Assembly (NCBI GenBank): GCA_051294375.1
Contig: CM119264.1
Span: 6,420,174 to 6,484,173 of the forward strand
From: Paraspadella gotoi
Taxonomy: Eukaryota > Animalia > Chaetognatha
Direction of reading: 5' to 3'
Length of the DNA: 64,000 nucleotides
In this document: positions 1 through 53,755 of the stretch, piece after piece
Layout: each line of letters starts with the position of its first letter
Numbering within the stretch: position 1 is the first letter of the stretch
Notes under the pieces: generated by a model
The model's input: the letters and a program-made list of their open reading frames with translations, nothing else
Databases searched by the model: none
What the model was told of the DNA's origin: nothing
Position numbers and translations under genes: made by a program

Positions 1-278
1 TCGTCATTTTTAATGCATAATGTACTGGTGACTTTTGCCATCTTAAGAAATCTTATCTTTTCAAAAAGGCTTCGCTTTTTAATCAATTTTTCAAAAAGAG
101 ATTCTCCCATCTCGTTCTCCGACGACGAAACGTATTTTCCCTCTTTCAAGGCTTCTCTTTTATTTAGAGAGCTTTTTCCACGTGGTCGACTTTTCCATTT
201 AAAATTGCATTTTTCTCCTTTTAACTCTTTTTTTTTCTCTTTCATTTTCTCTTTTCCCTAATTAAAGCGGAGAAACGG

Positions 279-405
<127 letters not shown>

Positions 406-3136
406 CGAGGCGGGAGTTCGTTAGAGGTGAGGCGAAGTGATGTCGAAACTTGAGATGCGTCACTTCAGTTATTCGTGGATAAGTTTCGGGGAAAGTAATG
501 AAAGATAGTAAAACATAATAACATAATAACATAACTCGTTTAAAAATTAAACGATGAGGTATGGGAAGCTCTTATCAACCCTGACACATACATCTTTAAA
601 TTAAGGGCACGAAACTGTTTTTCTCATTATAACACAGAATTCTCACTCACGCTCGTTTCCTTCTTCGGCTCATTGCTTTCCTTTCAATCAATAGTTGACA
701 CCGGAAAAGGAAAGGGCCCCTTTTTTGGGAAGGAGGAAGAAGTTTAGTCGTCGTCGTTGTCGTGGTCGTCGGTGGGTGTTATCATTTTCGACACCGATAT
801 GGTCACGGTTGCCATCATCGTATCAGTGATAGATGTGTCATTGATTCGAGTCGAGCGCGGCGAAGTCGTCATCGGGGTTGTCGTCGTCATTATCATCGTC
901 GTCATTTTCGTCAGGGTTAAGACATTGCCGCCATTTTTACGAAACCAAGAAATCGGCCGTTGAAGGACTTCGATATTTGGATAAATGTGAAGTGGAGACA
1001 AAATTGGTTTTGAGGTGAGGTGAGATAAGAAAATTGGATCTCAAACAAACTAAGTTACAAACAACAAAGATGATAACGATAAACGTCAGTAAGGGAATCA
1101 GCGAATTAAGACTTTGGATGAGATTAAAAATCCTCTCCTTAAAAATTCTTGGAATCTTTAATTTTCTTAGATTATTTAAATCATTCGTATCTGCTTCCTT
1201 CTCCTCCTCCTCCTCCTCCTCCTCCTCCTCCTCCATACTCAATCTACTCCTCCTCCTCTTCCTCCTCTTCTTCTTCCTCTTCCTCTTACATCTCCAGGGC
1301 GTCGTTCTTCTTAATTGTTCTCCCATTGTTGTTGTTGTCGATTTTGTTTTCTTGTTTCTGTTTAAATTAAACCTAATCGATGCAATTGAACAGTTTTGTT
1401 CCCTTCCGCCATCACACTTTTAAACCTTGGTTGGACACTTAAACTCGTACGGTCTTTCTCGGACGTACACGCGCTCATTTAAAAGGGAAACCGGCGCAAG
1501 CACAAAAAAAGTAACAAAAACCGCTCACAATGTTACGTCTCGAACAAACTCTTCCAAGCATGCCTATCACCAATCGCTATTTACACCATGATTTCTGTCG
1601 ACAGATATTATCGCTCTGCACGCCTTCACGAATACCAGACTAACTCACCCATAAACTCACTCTCGCTCTTTACTCACACTTTTACGCACCAACTAACATG
1701 TTCGCTGACAAGCTCGCGAGCATGGCAAGCTCGTACACACACACACACACTCACACAAACTCTTACACCTCCATTTTTTCGATTAAGTCGTTCCTCCTCC
1801 TCCTCCTCTTCCTCCTCCTCCTCTTCCTCCCTTTCGAGTCTTTTAAGTCGCGAAGTAGACTTCCGTTTAAGGATATCGATTTTTTTTTTGGGGGGGGAGG
1901 GGTTGGGTGGGTGGGTAAAGGAGGGAGAAGGAGGGATGAGGAAGGCAAGCAGATGGTAGTGGTCGTGACGTGTGGGTAAGTGAAAGCCGACTGGTTTGAG
2001 GTTTCCGAACCCAAACGCGAGTCGCTCAAATTAATTGCTAATCGAATTCGTTTCTTGGGAGAAGTAGGGAAGTAGGGAAGTAGGAAGAGGATAAGAAAGT
2101 GGGGTTAGAAATATAATATGTAATAAAGTATAAATATAATGTGAAGATTAAAAAATTAATCGGGTTGAGGGGGGAAAATAGAATGAGAAAAGGTTTCTTC
2201 GGAGAATGGACGATGGGGAAAAAAAGTTTTGGTCAAGTTTCTGGGTGGAAATCGAGGGTCGTTAATGAAAATAGGGGAGGGGGATGGAGAGGAGAGAAAG
2301 GGGGGGGAGGCGGGGTTAAAGGAGTTGATCCCTGACGCCGGCTCAGGGGTCAAGAGGTCAAACAGTCGGGAGGACGCCGAGAAATTCCATCTTTTCTCTC
2401 TTTTCTTCTCTATTTTCTTTCCTCTTTTTTCATTTCTTTCTTTTTTTTTCGGGGCGAAAAGAAGTCAAGTAGAAAAAAGTGTCTGTTAGGGAGAGATCAC
2501 ATCTCCAAGTGACAAAAGCTCTCTGTCCCTCTCTCTCTCTCTCTCTCTTTTTCTCTCTTTCTGTTTCTCAGTCTCTCTGTTTTTCTCTCTCATCGATTTT
2601 TCGGGAAGAATATAAATTGGTTTAAAAATAATAATAATATAAGACGAAATGATAAATATTTGAAAAGTTTCACTGATACTCAGAGAAAAAAATTATTTTC
2701 GAGAAAATGGGATCAGAAACCATCGGAGCGAAATTTGATTTTTTTTTCTTTTCTTAAATAACTTTTTTTTTCATTCCTTTTTTAAAATTTTTGTCTTTTT
2801 TTGTCTTTTTTTGGTCTTTTTTATTTTTATTTACTTTTTCAGTTTTTTATTTCTCAAACCTCCTTACATTACCATTTTTGTATCTTAATTTCTTCTTTGG
2901 TCATGTTTGTTCGTTATTGGGCATGTAAATGTTTACGTACCAGAGTTTTGTTCAAACGAAATATTACTCCATAAAAAGGAATAATCAAGCTTTTCTCTAT
3001 TACTCAAGTTCAATTGACCGACTGTACGTCGCCGATTCTTCACTCCTAGACAGGAACTTTTAAAAATAGCTCCTCCCTTCAATTCCGGTCAGAGGATCGA
3101 GATTCCCGACGACTCATAAACCGAAAAAGAACTCAC

Positions 3137-42028
<38,892 letters not shown>

Positions 42029-42272
42029 CTGAAAAAAAAAAGGGAGAGACGGATAGACGGATTTAAATGATTGATTGAGATCGAGGGAGAAGACTGGAAA
42101 GAGATATTGATTGATTATTGAAGGACAGATGGATGAATGGATGGATGCGACCGGATGAACAGATCAGTGCATGGATAGATAGATAAATGGTTCGAATCGA
42201 AGATTGGGAAAAATCAATTTAATGGATGGTTGTGTTAATGAATAGATTTTTCCCCAGCCTCCACTCAGTCAT

Positions 42273-42353
<81 letters not shown>
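42273..42353 (+). repeat. (CAT)n microsatellite
   Basis: Directly visible; a degenerate (GAT)n mirror lies at ~33545-33610. Confidence 0.95.
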
Positions 42354-42354
<1 letters not shown>

Positions 42355-42607
42355 ATTCATTGCAGTCATCTTTATCGTTATCATCGTCATCGCCATTCTT
42401 CCACAAAGATGAAGGTGAGGGCAGAAATTATGAGGATGAGAGTCTGATTAGATTTTGAGTCGCGCTACCAGGCGATCAGGCCAACTGAACTGGCCTACGG
42501 AATAGGCCAACACAAATTTTCATTTGCTTAATCGTCTTAATAAAGGAAGCTACTTGTGTTTTTTTCTCTCTCTCCTCTTCTCTCTCTCTCTCCCCGCTCT
42601 CTCTCTT

Positions 42608-42640
<33 letters not shown>

Positions 42641-42719
42641 TCTCTTTCTTTCTCTCTTCATGAGGGGTGATTGTCATAAACAATTTCATGCTAATCCGTC
42701 TTAAAAGGAAGCTACTTTG

Positions 42720-42812
<93 letters not shown>

Positions 42813-45206
42813 TCTTCCCTATCTCTTCCTTGTCTTTTTCCTTCCATCATTAAAGGCGACGTGTTGAAAAATTAGTCGGATGCAAAATCAGTTACGCCTG
42901 GTTTCAGGTTGCCAGGTCAATACATGGCGTCCTGATTAGANNNNNNNNNNNNNNNNNNNNNNNNNNNNNNNNNNNNNNNNNNNNNNNNNNNNNNNNNNNN
43001 NNNNNNNNNNNNNNNNNNNNNNNNNNNNNNNNNNNNNNNNNNNNNNNNNNNNNNNNNNNNNNNNNNNNNNNNNNNNNNNNNNNNNNNNNNNNNNNNNNNN
43101 NNNNNNNNNNNNNNNNNNNNNNNNNNNNNNNNNNNNNNNNNNNNNNNNNNNNNNNNNNNNNNNNNNNNNNNNNNNNNNNNNNNNNNNNNNNNNNNNNNNN
43201 NNNNNNNNNNNNNNNNNNNNNNNNNNNNNNNNNNNNNNNNNNNNNNNNNNNNNNNNNNNNNNNNNNNNNNNNNNNNNNNNNNNNNNNNNNNNNNNNNNNN
43301 NNNNNNNNNNNNNNNNNNNNNNNNNNNNNNNNNNNNNNNNNNNNNNNNNNNNNNNNNNNNNNNNNNNNNNACGACGACGACGACGACGACGACGACGGCG
43401 TTAATTTGAAGGAAAACAAGGATTGCCTTTGGCGGAAATTTTCTTCTTCGGAAATATTTTCTTTTTTTCCTCTTTTTCCTTAGAAGTGTTTTCGTTATCT
43501 TATTATCTTGTCGAAGAAACTTTTACTTTCTTACTTTCATTACAATATTGCATTTGGTTTACGTATTTTTTTGTTTTCCTTTTTGTCTTATTTTCTTTTC
43601 TTTTCTTTTCTTTTCTTTTCTTTTCTTAAAATTCAATTAAATCGATTTGAAATCTTAAACAATTTCTGCCAGTTCAAATCACCGGGTCTAAAGCATTTAC
43701 CAAAATGAGATATTCCTTGAATCGTAAGAGACAAAATTTCGCCGTTTAACTTCCATTTTTCCAAACGTGAAATAAACAATTAAAATTCACAAAAAGCGAA
43801 AAAGAACCCAGGTCTCTAATTTGTCTGCCGTAATTAGAGCAATCTCTGTAAATACTGGTTCTCGTTTAGAGTTGAAGCCTTTATTTCAGTTTTTTTTTTT
43901 CTTCGGAGACCTAATAATGTGTGTCTGCTAAGTTAGATAATAGATTAACGGTTCGACGCCCATATTTATTTAATAATCGAAACGTCTTTCGGTTATGTAT
44001 CTTTAAACTAATTTTTTTTTTTTGTTCAAAACGAAGCTTTTTTATGAATCTAAAGACATCTAAGGTCTTTGCCCGCTCGAGAAGAATACGTTTTAAATAT
44101 AGATTTCTTTTAATCTGTTTTAATCGACGAAGCTTTCATTTAGCTAACTCTGCTTTAATTAATTAACCGGATTACGGCTTTTTAATACCCCTCTTTCGCA
44201 AGACTCCCGAGTTTTTATAGTTGGACGATTAACGCATAAAGCTAACGCATAGTAACGCATTAGTCGTTATCTCAAATGTAGTTCGCCCAAGTATGGCTTT
44301 TTCCCTCGTAAAAGTCGAAACTCTAGATTCATTGGATTCGCTTCATTTTCTCTCAGCGTCGAACGAAATTCAGATTCTAATCTCCTTGAGTCGTCGACTT
44401 GGTTCGATTTATAGACTTCGCTTCCACTTCGGCCTTTTCCTCACCCGCCTGCTCCAGTCACTTTTGGTCATTCCATCGCTCCAGCTGATTTTAGTTGTAA
44501 TTCCATTACTCCAGCAGAAAAGGTTGTCGTTCAATCAGCCAGTTGACGTTAGTTTTTTGATTGAAATACTTAGTAGACATTGATTGTCACTCAATCGCTC
44601 CAGCACAATCATTCATTCAACTATTCAAAAAAAGTCCTTGTTTGTCATCACTCACAGGCTTATTTTTGTCATTCAGTTTAACAGGCTAATTTAGTCCGAT
44701 GAAGACTTAAGCAGCCCTAATTTGTTCAGATAGAGCGTGACTTGTTAACAAAATCTTAACAACCTCCAGTTTAGAGTATGTAAACATTATCACCAAAGTT
44801 ATTTTATTGCATTAAGTCTGATTCAATTGTGAGAGCAACTTTTCCCGATCATCCCGTCCGCGTTATTCTCAGTCTATATTTCGCGGCCCGTCCGAATGCC
44901 TCGTCTCCCAGTCTCGCCTTTCAAATCTTAAATTTCGTTTGCAGTTTTTATGTCCGCTTCTTTGGCCTCTTCGTTCTCCCCCCCCTTCCGATCATCTGCT
45001 CCTTTCTAGTACTAATGAGGCTCTTAAACGTCGTTAACGAATTAATTTATAATTTCCTTAACTCGACTTTTTAAATCCTTCGGGAGCCTTTAAAAAAAGA
45101 AGCAGGGGGGAGAGAGCGGGGTTCGCGAAGCCAGCAGGTTCTTTGTTTGCGCCGATTCGCGAGGGGATTTCGTCGAAAGATTCGAGAGCTTTTTTCCGAT
45201 TTATCT

Positions 45207-45291
<85 letters not shown>

Positions 45292-45296
45292 CTCAG

Positions 45297-47594
45297 ATCA
45301 TCTTCGAACCTTCAACGCCCCCGCTTTCTACCTGCCATCCAAGCGCGCTGTTGGCGCCTCTACGCTTCCTTGTCGAACCACCGGCCTCGTTTTCGATTCG
45401 GGCGACCGGCGTCTTCTCAACAGTTCCGTCATGAAGTTAGGTCGTGAAAGAGGACGAAGGGATGGTTCAATCAATCAATCCGTCAATTAATAAATCAATC
45501 ACTCAATCTGTCAACCAATATATAAAAGAACCGTAATCATAATTTAATCAATCAACCATTAAACGAAGAAGTTATCAATTCATCCAATCTCTTCTTCAAT
45601 ACTTTAGCTATCAGTACTTCGAATTTACAATCAATCAAATCAATCGTTCTTGTACATCGACCAATAAGTTCAATAAAATCCCCACCTTCCCTGCAAAGCG
45701 GCTACTCCCTCCCCCACGCCATCTTCCCCTTGACGTCGCCGGGCGCGACATTCACCGGACTACCTCACGCGCATCTTGCACCGAACGCGGGCATTTTCGT
45801 ACTTAACCAGCGCGCGGACGCGAAAAAACGTGCGGGAAATCAAGGTGGTTGAGCGTTCGACTTTCTTGCGACCCTTATTGCATTTTAATTAATTCATTTC
45901 GTTCATTTTTTTTTTTCCTCCGTCAGGAATCCTCTGCTACGCTTGGCGGAAGACTTTGACCGAGATGGGAGAGAGTCTCAGCGTCGCGGAGCGGAGATGG
46001 AAAAAGCTACACTCTTGCGGACGGAAACTGTGGTCACCATCGGGGACGAGCGATTCCGGTGCACGGAGGTTCTCTTCAATCCACTCTCGTCGGTGAGGGG
46101 GCGGAGGGGGGCGGAGGGGGGCGAGAAGCGGGAGATTGGGTGTTGGTTTTTGTTTAATTTTCGTCGTCGTCGTCATCTTTTGTTTTTTATCGTTGTGTTC
46201 GTCGTCGTCCATATGTGTCGACCCAGTTTTGCTTAGGCTTTTGACATGCTTGAATAAAATTGTCCAAAAAGATTTTTTTTTTTCATTAATTAAGCGTTGT
46301 TATTTTGTTTTGTTTATCATTTTGTTTGTCCACAGTAAAAAATAAAGCGAAGAGAATCCGATCCTAAGCAGAGAGAGAGAGAGAGAAGAGACGAGATGAG
46401 AGAGAGAGAGAGAGAGAGAGAGCATAGAGAGAGATAAGAGAGAGCAGAGGAGAGACGAGAGACGAGAGAGAGAGAGAGAGGAGCAGAGAGAGGAGAGAGA
46501 GAGAGAGAGAGAAGAGAGGAGATAAATGAAACTTCCGCTTCGTTTTAATCTCGATTTTAATTGAGCCAAAATTAGCCGCTTCGCTGGTTGTTGTTATTTC
46601 GATTAAATAATATGATTGAGCACGAGGGTGTTTTTTTTTTAAACGCGTTTTTTTAAAAATGGCTCCCTCGGCGAAACCTCAAGATCGTTTATTCACAGAT
46701 TTCGCTCTCCTTTAAAAAAATTATACATCTCTCTTCTTTTACGCTTTTCGTTTCCAAACTGCTTGCCTAGTCATTGCTTCAATCCAAGTTAGAATGCAAT
46801 AGATTTATCAACCCGCTAAGGCGCAAGAAAAGTGTCGGCACCAAGAACATTGGTTAATAATTGTTTGTCCTTCTTTTTTTCACCGCTTATTACCTCGTAC
46901 TAATTTATAATTAATCTAAATTTCTATATAATCTATACTTTTAAAAAAATACAATTGATGAATATTTGTAGGTCTCTTTCAGTTCTAAGATAGGATGTTA
47001 ACTCTACATTGCAGAGTTAATCCTGATTTACCTTCGCAATCACGGAAGTCGACCCCTTGGTCCCCGTTTCTGCTTAGTTATTTGTCAGGCTTTGACGACG
47101 GAGTAAGCTTTTATATTCGGTCTGGCGTTTGCTTATTCGAAAGAGAGGACCAATCGCATTCAAAATGGCAACTAAGTCCGTCTATAGATTCATTCCGCTC
47201 TTAATATTTTATATTATACATCCAATTCAACACCCTCTTTCTCCCTCTTCCACACCCGCAAGGCCTGGAGACCCCGGCATTCACTCCATCCTCTCAGACA
47301 GATCTCCAAATACGTGCGACATCGATCTTCGCCCGCGATGCTCTTACGCCAACATCGTCATGTCCGGCGCAGCAAGGATGTTCCCCGGGGACTCGACGCG
47401 CGACTGGAAGAGGAGCTGCGGCGCTGGCTCGTTCGACGCTTGCGCTGAATCGGTGGTAACGCCGCCGGAACGGAATACTCCGTCTGGATCGGCGGCGCCA
47501 TCTTGGCTTCGCTCTCGACCATTCAGCAGATGTGGATCAGTTGCGACGAGTACGACGAAGCCGGCCCGACGATCGTCACAGGAAATGTTTCTGA
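45297..47594 (+). pseudogene. act: Inverted noisy copy of the actin 3' exons (probable artefact)
   Basis: The same four exons and introns on the + strand (~45297-45435, ~45700-45844, ~45927-46092, ~47263-47594) with many indels. Confidence 0.7.
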
Positions 47595-50500
47595 GCGCTT
47601 GGGCGGCCCGGCGTGGCCCCCGGTACCGCGCATATGAAATGCATTACAAATTCGGGATATGCAATTTAAATTCTTGCTCCTACGAAGAATCCCGGAAAAA
47701 GTATTTCCCACAGCTCACGTTCAGACTCTGACCACACCCTTCTGAGGCCCTGAAAAGAAATCTCCCTTATTTGACTTGTCTCTTTTTTTTTGGTCGCATA
47801 TTGTATAAATCTTAAGTTCATTTGGCGGTCATGTACTAGATTTTCCATACTAGTCAGTAAAATTTTGTGATTTTTGTTCATAAATACAAAGTATACATAT
47901 TTTTGGTTTGGTGGATTGAAAAGTAAGTTAGTAAGTAATGCCCTAATGCCGCGCCGCGGAATACGTTTTGATTGTCAACAGCCTGAAATAATTCTACTCT
48001 GAATAAAAATAAGTAATATTTTTTAGTCGAAAAAATTACTCTTTCTCCGGAGAAATCGCGCGGCAAAAAAAAACAAAAAAACAAACAAAACTAAAAAACC
48101 AAAAGCAAAACAAAAAAGCGATAAGCAATTTTAGTTCGTTTTATCGCGGCTCGTTATTCCGGTCTTCGTTATTTTCGCGATCCCATCGCCCTCACTTTTC
48201 TATATATCGAATCTTCGTAAAATCAGCAGGAAAAAAAACCGATACCAATATTCGGTCTTGATTTCCTCCGCTAAGGAAAAATATTGATAGACGACGATGA
48301 CAAGATGCGATGATGACAACGATGACAATGACAATGCACGTAGATGACGTATTATGAATATATGAATTATATATATATGACGTATATGAATGAAACTCAA
48401 CAATTGACGAGGTTAACGTCTAAAATTGATAAAGGCAAAAAAAATGAAATGACAAAAGGATCAAGTCACTATAAACCATAGCGGGATGACATGAAACACA
48501 AACCAGAACAACAACGACAACTACAACGACAACAACTAAAGGAGATTGAATTGACGATTTTCTTTGTTTCAGATTTCGCTGCGCAATTTTTGTTGCCGTC
48601 GAAGAGAAGAAGCAAAATCCCCGGACCGAAGGACGCCATTCTTGATCCCCAGATTTATCCCGCGTTTATCCCCATATTTCATTCTTTCGTAATTCCCAGT
48701 TGCATACGAAACAACTTCCGAAATAGATTGACAACCCGCATATTAACTATTTTATTTATAATCGGTTTTTTTTTTTTTATTTCTTGTCTCCATTCTTTTC
48801 TTTCTTTCTTCCTTTCTTTTCATTCTTTCTTTCTTTATTTCTTTCAGTCTTTCTTTATTTATTATTTCCCTTTCTTTGTTTATTTTTTTCTCTCTTTCTT
48901 TCCTTTGTTTCTTTTTTTCTTCCTCTTTGTTTCTTTTTTTTCTATTTCTGTTGAGAGATGTCTGTTCCTCATCTGTTTTATTTTACTCATTCATGATTCT
49001 TTTTCTTACATTTTTTGTCTACTTCAAGCCTATCTGTGTGCTACTTTTCTATGCTCTTTACCTTCAACTGTCACAGAGAGACAGTTCACTGAAGCATACT
49101 TCAAGCCCGTCCAAAACGGCCTTTTTTACGGGGACATGAGACATGGTTGTCACTCAGTCACGTCTTGTCACCACTTGTAGCGATCATAACGTCTTGTCAC
49201 GTGGACAATAGACTTTGTGGAGTCCCACACTTCGACCACAGGCACTTTACGATGGACTTTTGGACAACCTGACGGAGGCGGTTCTTTCTTTTTTTCTTCT
49301 TTTTCGCTTTTTTTCCTATCTTTCTTTTCTATCATTATCCTATTTTTGAATATTGTAAATCACAAAAGCATACATCGGCTTTTTTACTTTTTTTCTCCGC
49401 CTCTTTTGATGAAGCCTCTTTTTCCACTCAAATTCCAAGTTTCTGCTCTCTGATTAATTTTCTCTCTTTGTTTTCTCTTCCCCGCTTACATGCTCCCCAA
49501 TAGGAATGTCTTCCTCTCTCTTTCCTAATTTTGCGCCTTTCTTTTTTGTTCGGGTGAGGGGGCGGTCATGAGAAAGTCTTCTTTTGCTATCTCCTTCCTT
49601 TTCTTTTTCTTTTTTTTAAATCTTTCTTTCTTTCCTTTCTTTTTTCTAACTTGTTTTGCTTTCTTATCTTACTTTTCCCCACTTTTTCTTCTTTTATAAT
49701 CGTCTAAATTACCCTCCTCCTATTTTTTTCTTTCCACTTTTACCTTCTTTCCTTTTCCTTTTACCGCCATTTTACCTTCCTAGCTTTTTTTCTTTTCTTT
49801 CTCCTCTCATCTTTTAACTTTTCCTTTTTAATCCTTAGTTCTCCTTTTTCTCCTTTTTCTTTTTCTTTCTTTCCTCCTTTTTTTCCTTCCTCCCTTTTTC
49901 CTTCTTTTCTGTTTTCCTCTTTTTTCCCAAGAAACTCGAGTATTAGTTGTCGTTGTTGTTGTTGTTGTTAAGAACCATTTGCTTTTCTTTGAGCTGAAGG
50001 AGAACAAAAAACATCTGGGGCTTTTGCGATCCAAATTGATGAAGAAACCTTTGGGGATTCTCAGATGATCGAATGGATAGAACGTCAGAGTATCTTATCA
50101 CCTTGATGCGCCAGACATTTTTGCGCAACCAATGGCTACCATTTGCTAACAAGGTTGAATCGAGAAAAAAAAATCTTCGTTTATAGACTCACTCCTGCTC
50201 AGTGACTCAGTCATATCCAATTGATTGCCGAGAAGAGAGAGAGAGATGGAGAGGAGAGAGAGAGAGAGAAGGGTTAGAAAGAGGAGAGATACTATACTAT
50301 TTTTCACTACATCTTTAGTAATTAAAAAATAGAAAAGAGAAGAAAAGAAAAGAAAAAAAAAGAAAAGGAAAAAAAAGAAAAGAAAGAAAAGAAAAGAAAA
50401 AGAATAAAGAAAGAAAGANNNNNNNNNNNNNNNNNNNNNNNNNTCTCTCTCTCTCTCTCTCTCGGGATCATTGGATATGACTGAGTCACTGAGGCAGGAG

Positions 50501-53071
50501 TGAGTCTATAAACGAGAATTTTTTTCTCGATTCAACCTGTTACAAAAATGGTAGCCATTGGTTGCGCAAAATGTCTGGTCCATCAAGGTGATAAGATACT
50601 CTGACGTTCTATCCATCGATCCATTGAGAATCCCAAAGGTTTTCTTCATCAATTTGGATCGAAAGCCCCAGATGTTTTGTTCTCCTTCAGCTCAAAGAAA
50701 AGCAAATGGTTCTTAACAACAACAACAACAACGACAACTAAGTACTCGAGTTTCTTGGGAAAAAAAGAGGAAAACAGAAAAGAAGGAAAAAGGAGGAAGG
50801 AAAAAAAGGAGAAAAGAAAAGAAAAGAAAAAGGAGAAAAGGAAAGAAACTAAGGATTAAAAAGGAAAAGTAAAAGATGAGAGGAGAAAGAAAAAGAAAAA
50901 AAGCGAGGAAGGTAAAAAGNNNNNNNNNNCGAGTAAAAGATGAAAGGAAAGAAGGTAAAAGTGGAAAGAAAAAAAATAGGAGGAGGGTATTAGACGATTA
51001 TAAAAGAAAAGAAAAAGTGGGGAAAAGTACAGATAAGAAAGCAAAACAAGTTAGAAAAAGAAAGGAAAAAGAAAAGGAAGATTTAAAAAAAAGGAAAAAG
51101 AAAAGGAAGGAGATAGCAAAAGAGACTTTCTCATGACCGCCCCCCACCACAAAAAAGAAAGGGCAAAATTAGGAAAAAGAGGAGGAAGAATTCTATTGGG
51201 GACATTAAGGGGAAGAGAAAACAAAGAGAGAAAATTAATCAGAGACAGAAACTTGGAATTTGAGTGGAAAAAGAGGCTTCATCAAAAGAGCGGAGAAAAA
51301 AAGTAAACAAGCCGATGTATCTTTTGTGTTTAACAATATCAAAATAAATAATGATAGAAAAGAAAGATAGGAAAAAAGCGAAGAAGAAAAAAGAAAGAAC
51401 GACCGAAAGAAATAAAGAAAAAAAAGAAACAAAGAGAGAAAGAAAAAAAGAAACAAAGAAAGAAAGAGAGAAAAAAATAAACAAAGAAAGGGAAGAAATA
51501 ATAATAAAGGAAGACAAAGAAATAAAGAAAGAAAAAATGAAAAGAAAGGAAGAAAGAAAGAAAAGAATGGAGACAAGAAATAAAAAAAAAAAAACGCGAT
51601 ATAAAATAAAATAGTTAATATGCGGGTTGTCAATCTATTTCGGAATTGTTTCGTATCAACTGGAATTAACGAAAAGAATGAAATATGGGGATAAACGCGG
51701 GGAATAAATCTGGGGATCAAGAATGGCGTCTTCGGTCGGGGATTTGCTTCTCCTCTTCGACGGCAACAAAATTGCGCGCGAAATCTGAAACAAAGAAATC
51801 GTCAATTCAATCTCTTTAGTTGTTGTCGTTGTAGTTGTCGTTGTTGTTCTGGTTGTGGGTTCCATGGTCATCCGCTCTCTATTATAGGTTGAAGCTGAGA
51901 CGACCTTTTGGTCATTTCATTTTTTTTTGCCTTTATCAATATAGACGTTAACCTCGTCATATGTGAGTTTCATTCTAATAACGTCATATTATATATTCAT
52001 ATATCATAATACGTCATCGTATACGTCATTGTCATTGTCATCATCATAACTCGTTGTCATCGTCGTCAATCATATTTTTTTCTTTAGCGGAGGAAATCAA
52101 GACCGAATATTGGTATCGGTTTTTTTTCCTCGTGATTTTACGAGATTCGATATATAGAAAAGTGAGGGCGATGGGATCGCGAAATAACGAGACCAGCGAA
52201 TACAGGAATAACGAGCCGCGATAAAACGAACTAAAATTGCTTATCGCTTTTTTGTTTTTCCTTTTGTTTTTTAGTTTGTTTGTTTTTTTGTTTTTTTTGC
52301 CGCGGCGATTCTCCGCGAAAAGAATATTTTTTCGATTAAAAAATATACTTATTTTTATTCAGAGTAGAATTATTCAGCTGTTGACAATCAAAACAGCTAT
52401 TCCGAGGCGATTAGGGCATTACTTACTAACTTACTTTTCAATCCACCAACCAAAAATATAGTCATAGACATTGTGTATTATTGAACAAAAAATCAGTCAA
52501 AAATTTACTAAGAGACTAAGCTATGGAATAAAATCCTAAGTACAGTGACGACAGCCAATATCGGACGTCTAAAGATTATATATACAACATATATAGCGAA
52601 AGCTACGTAACAAAGAAATATAGGACACAGACCAGGGAATCAATACGAATAAAGGGGAGCATGTGCTTTTCACAAACTCTAGGAGGAAGCGGTGGGGTCC
52701 CAGCGCTAGTGACGATGAGCTCAGTTTGATGGAAAGGAATAAGCACTTTGTCTAGTTTGTTTGGTAATCAGAGTTGGAGGAGCCGGGGCTGTGGTTAGGG
52801 TGGGGCTTCACGAGCGCACGATAGCCCGAGGTTTACTGACGGGCGGAAGACTTCCTATTCCGAGTGGACGTCAATTAAGACCTAAGAAAGAGAACCGTTG
52901 ACACGGACACCGTGTGCGCGCATTGTTCCGTGAAAGAGAGCTAGACTATAAGTTCGGTAGGACAAGAAGACTCACTAATTTTTCATGTTGCAAGGTCACG
53001 AATATTTGTAATGCCATTTATATTGGGGTACGGCGAGAATGCACGTGGGCCCCAGCCGGGCCCCACAGCGC

Positions 53072-53430
53072 CTCAGAAACATATATCCATGTGCGACAAG
53101 AAATCGTCCGGGGCCGGCTTCGTCGTACTCGTCGCAACTGATCCAAACATTCTCTGAAAGGTCGAGAGCGAGCCAAGATGTGCGCCGCCAGATCCATGAC
53201 GGCAGTATTTTCCGTTCCGGCGGCGTTACCCACGTTCAGCGCAAGTCCACGGCGCCCGTCGTACGACGCCATAAGCGGGCCGCAAGCTCCCTCTTTCAGT
53301 CGCAGCCGTCGGAGTCCGGGAACATCGTGCTGCCCGCCGGACAATGACGATGTTGGCGTAGAGATCGCGGCGGCAAGATTCGACTAGTCTGCACTTTGGA
53401 GATGCTCGATCGAGAAGATGGATGTGAATG
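53072..53430 (-). pseudogene. act: Fourth, very noisy copy of the last actin exon
   Basis: Recognisable ccggcttcgtcgtactcgtcgcaactgatcc and gaacatcgtgctgcc segments with dense insertions. Confidence 0.65.
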
Positions 53431-53755
53431 CCGCTGATGAGGGTAAGATCGTCGCTAATTGAGAGGCGTCTAGCCGCGGTTGGAAGAGGGAGAAAGAGGG
53501 TGTTGAAATTGGATTAATAAATATAAAACTATTCTAGAGCGGAATGAATCTATAGACGGACTGTAGTTGGCATTTGAAATGCGAATTGGTCCTCCTCTTT
53601 TTCGAATAACAAACGGCCAGAAAGACCGAATTAAAAGATTACTTCCGTCGGTCAGAGACCTGACAATAACTAAATGAAACGGACGCAAGGGGTCGACTCC
53701 GTGATTGCGAAGGGTAAATCAGGATTACGTNNNNNNNNNNNNNNNNNNNNNNNNN

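Noticed and set aside
48491-51720. Phe/Leu-rich 'membrane' and Lys/Glu-rich ORFs
   Set aside because: They derive from low-complexity (CTTT/GAAA) tracts mirrored in the palindrome.
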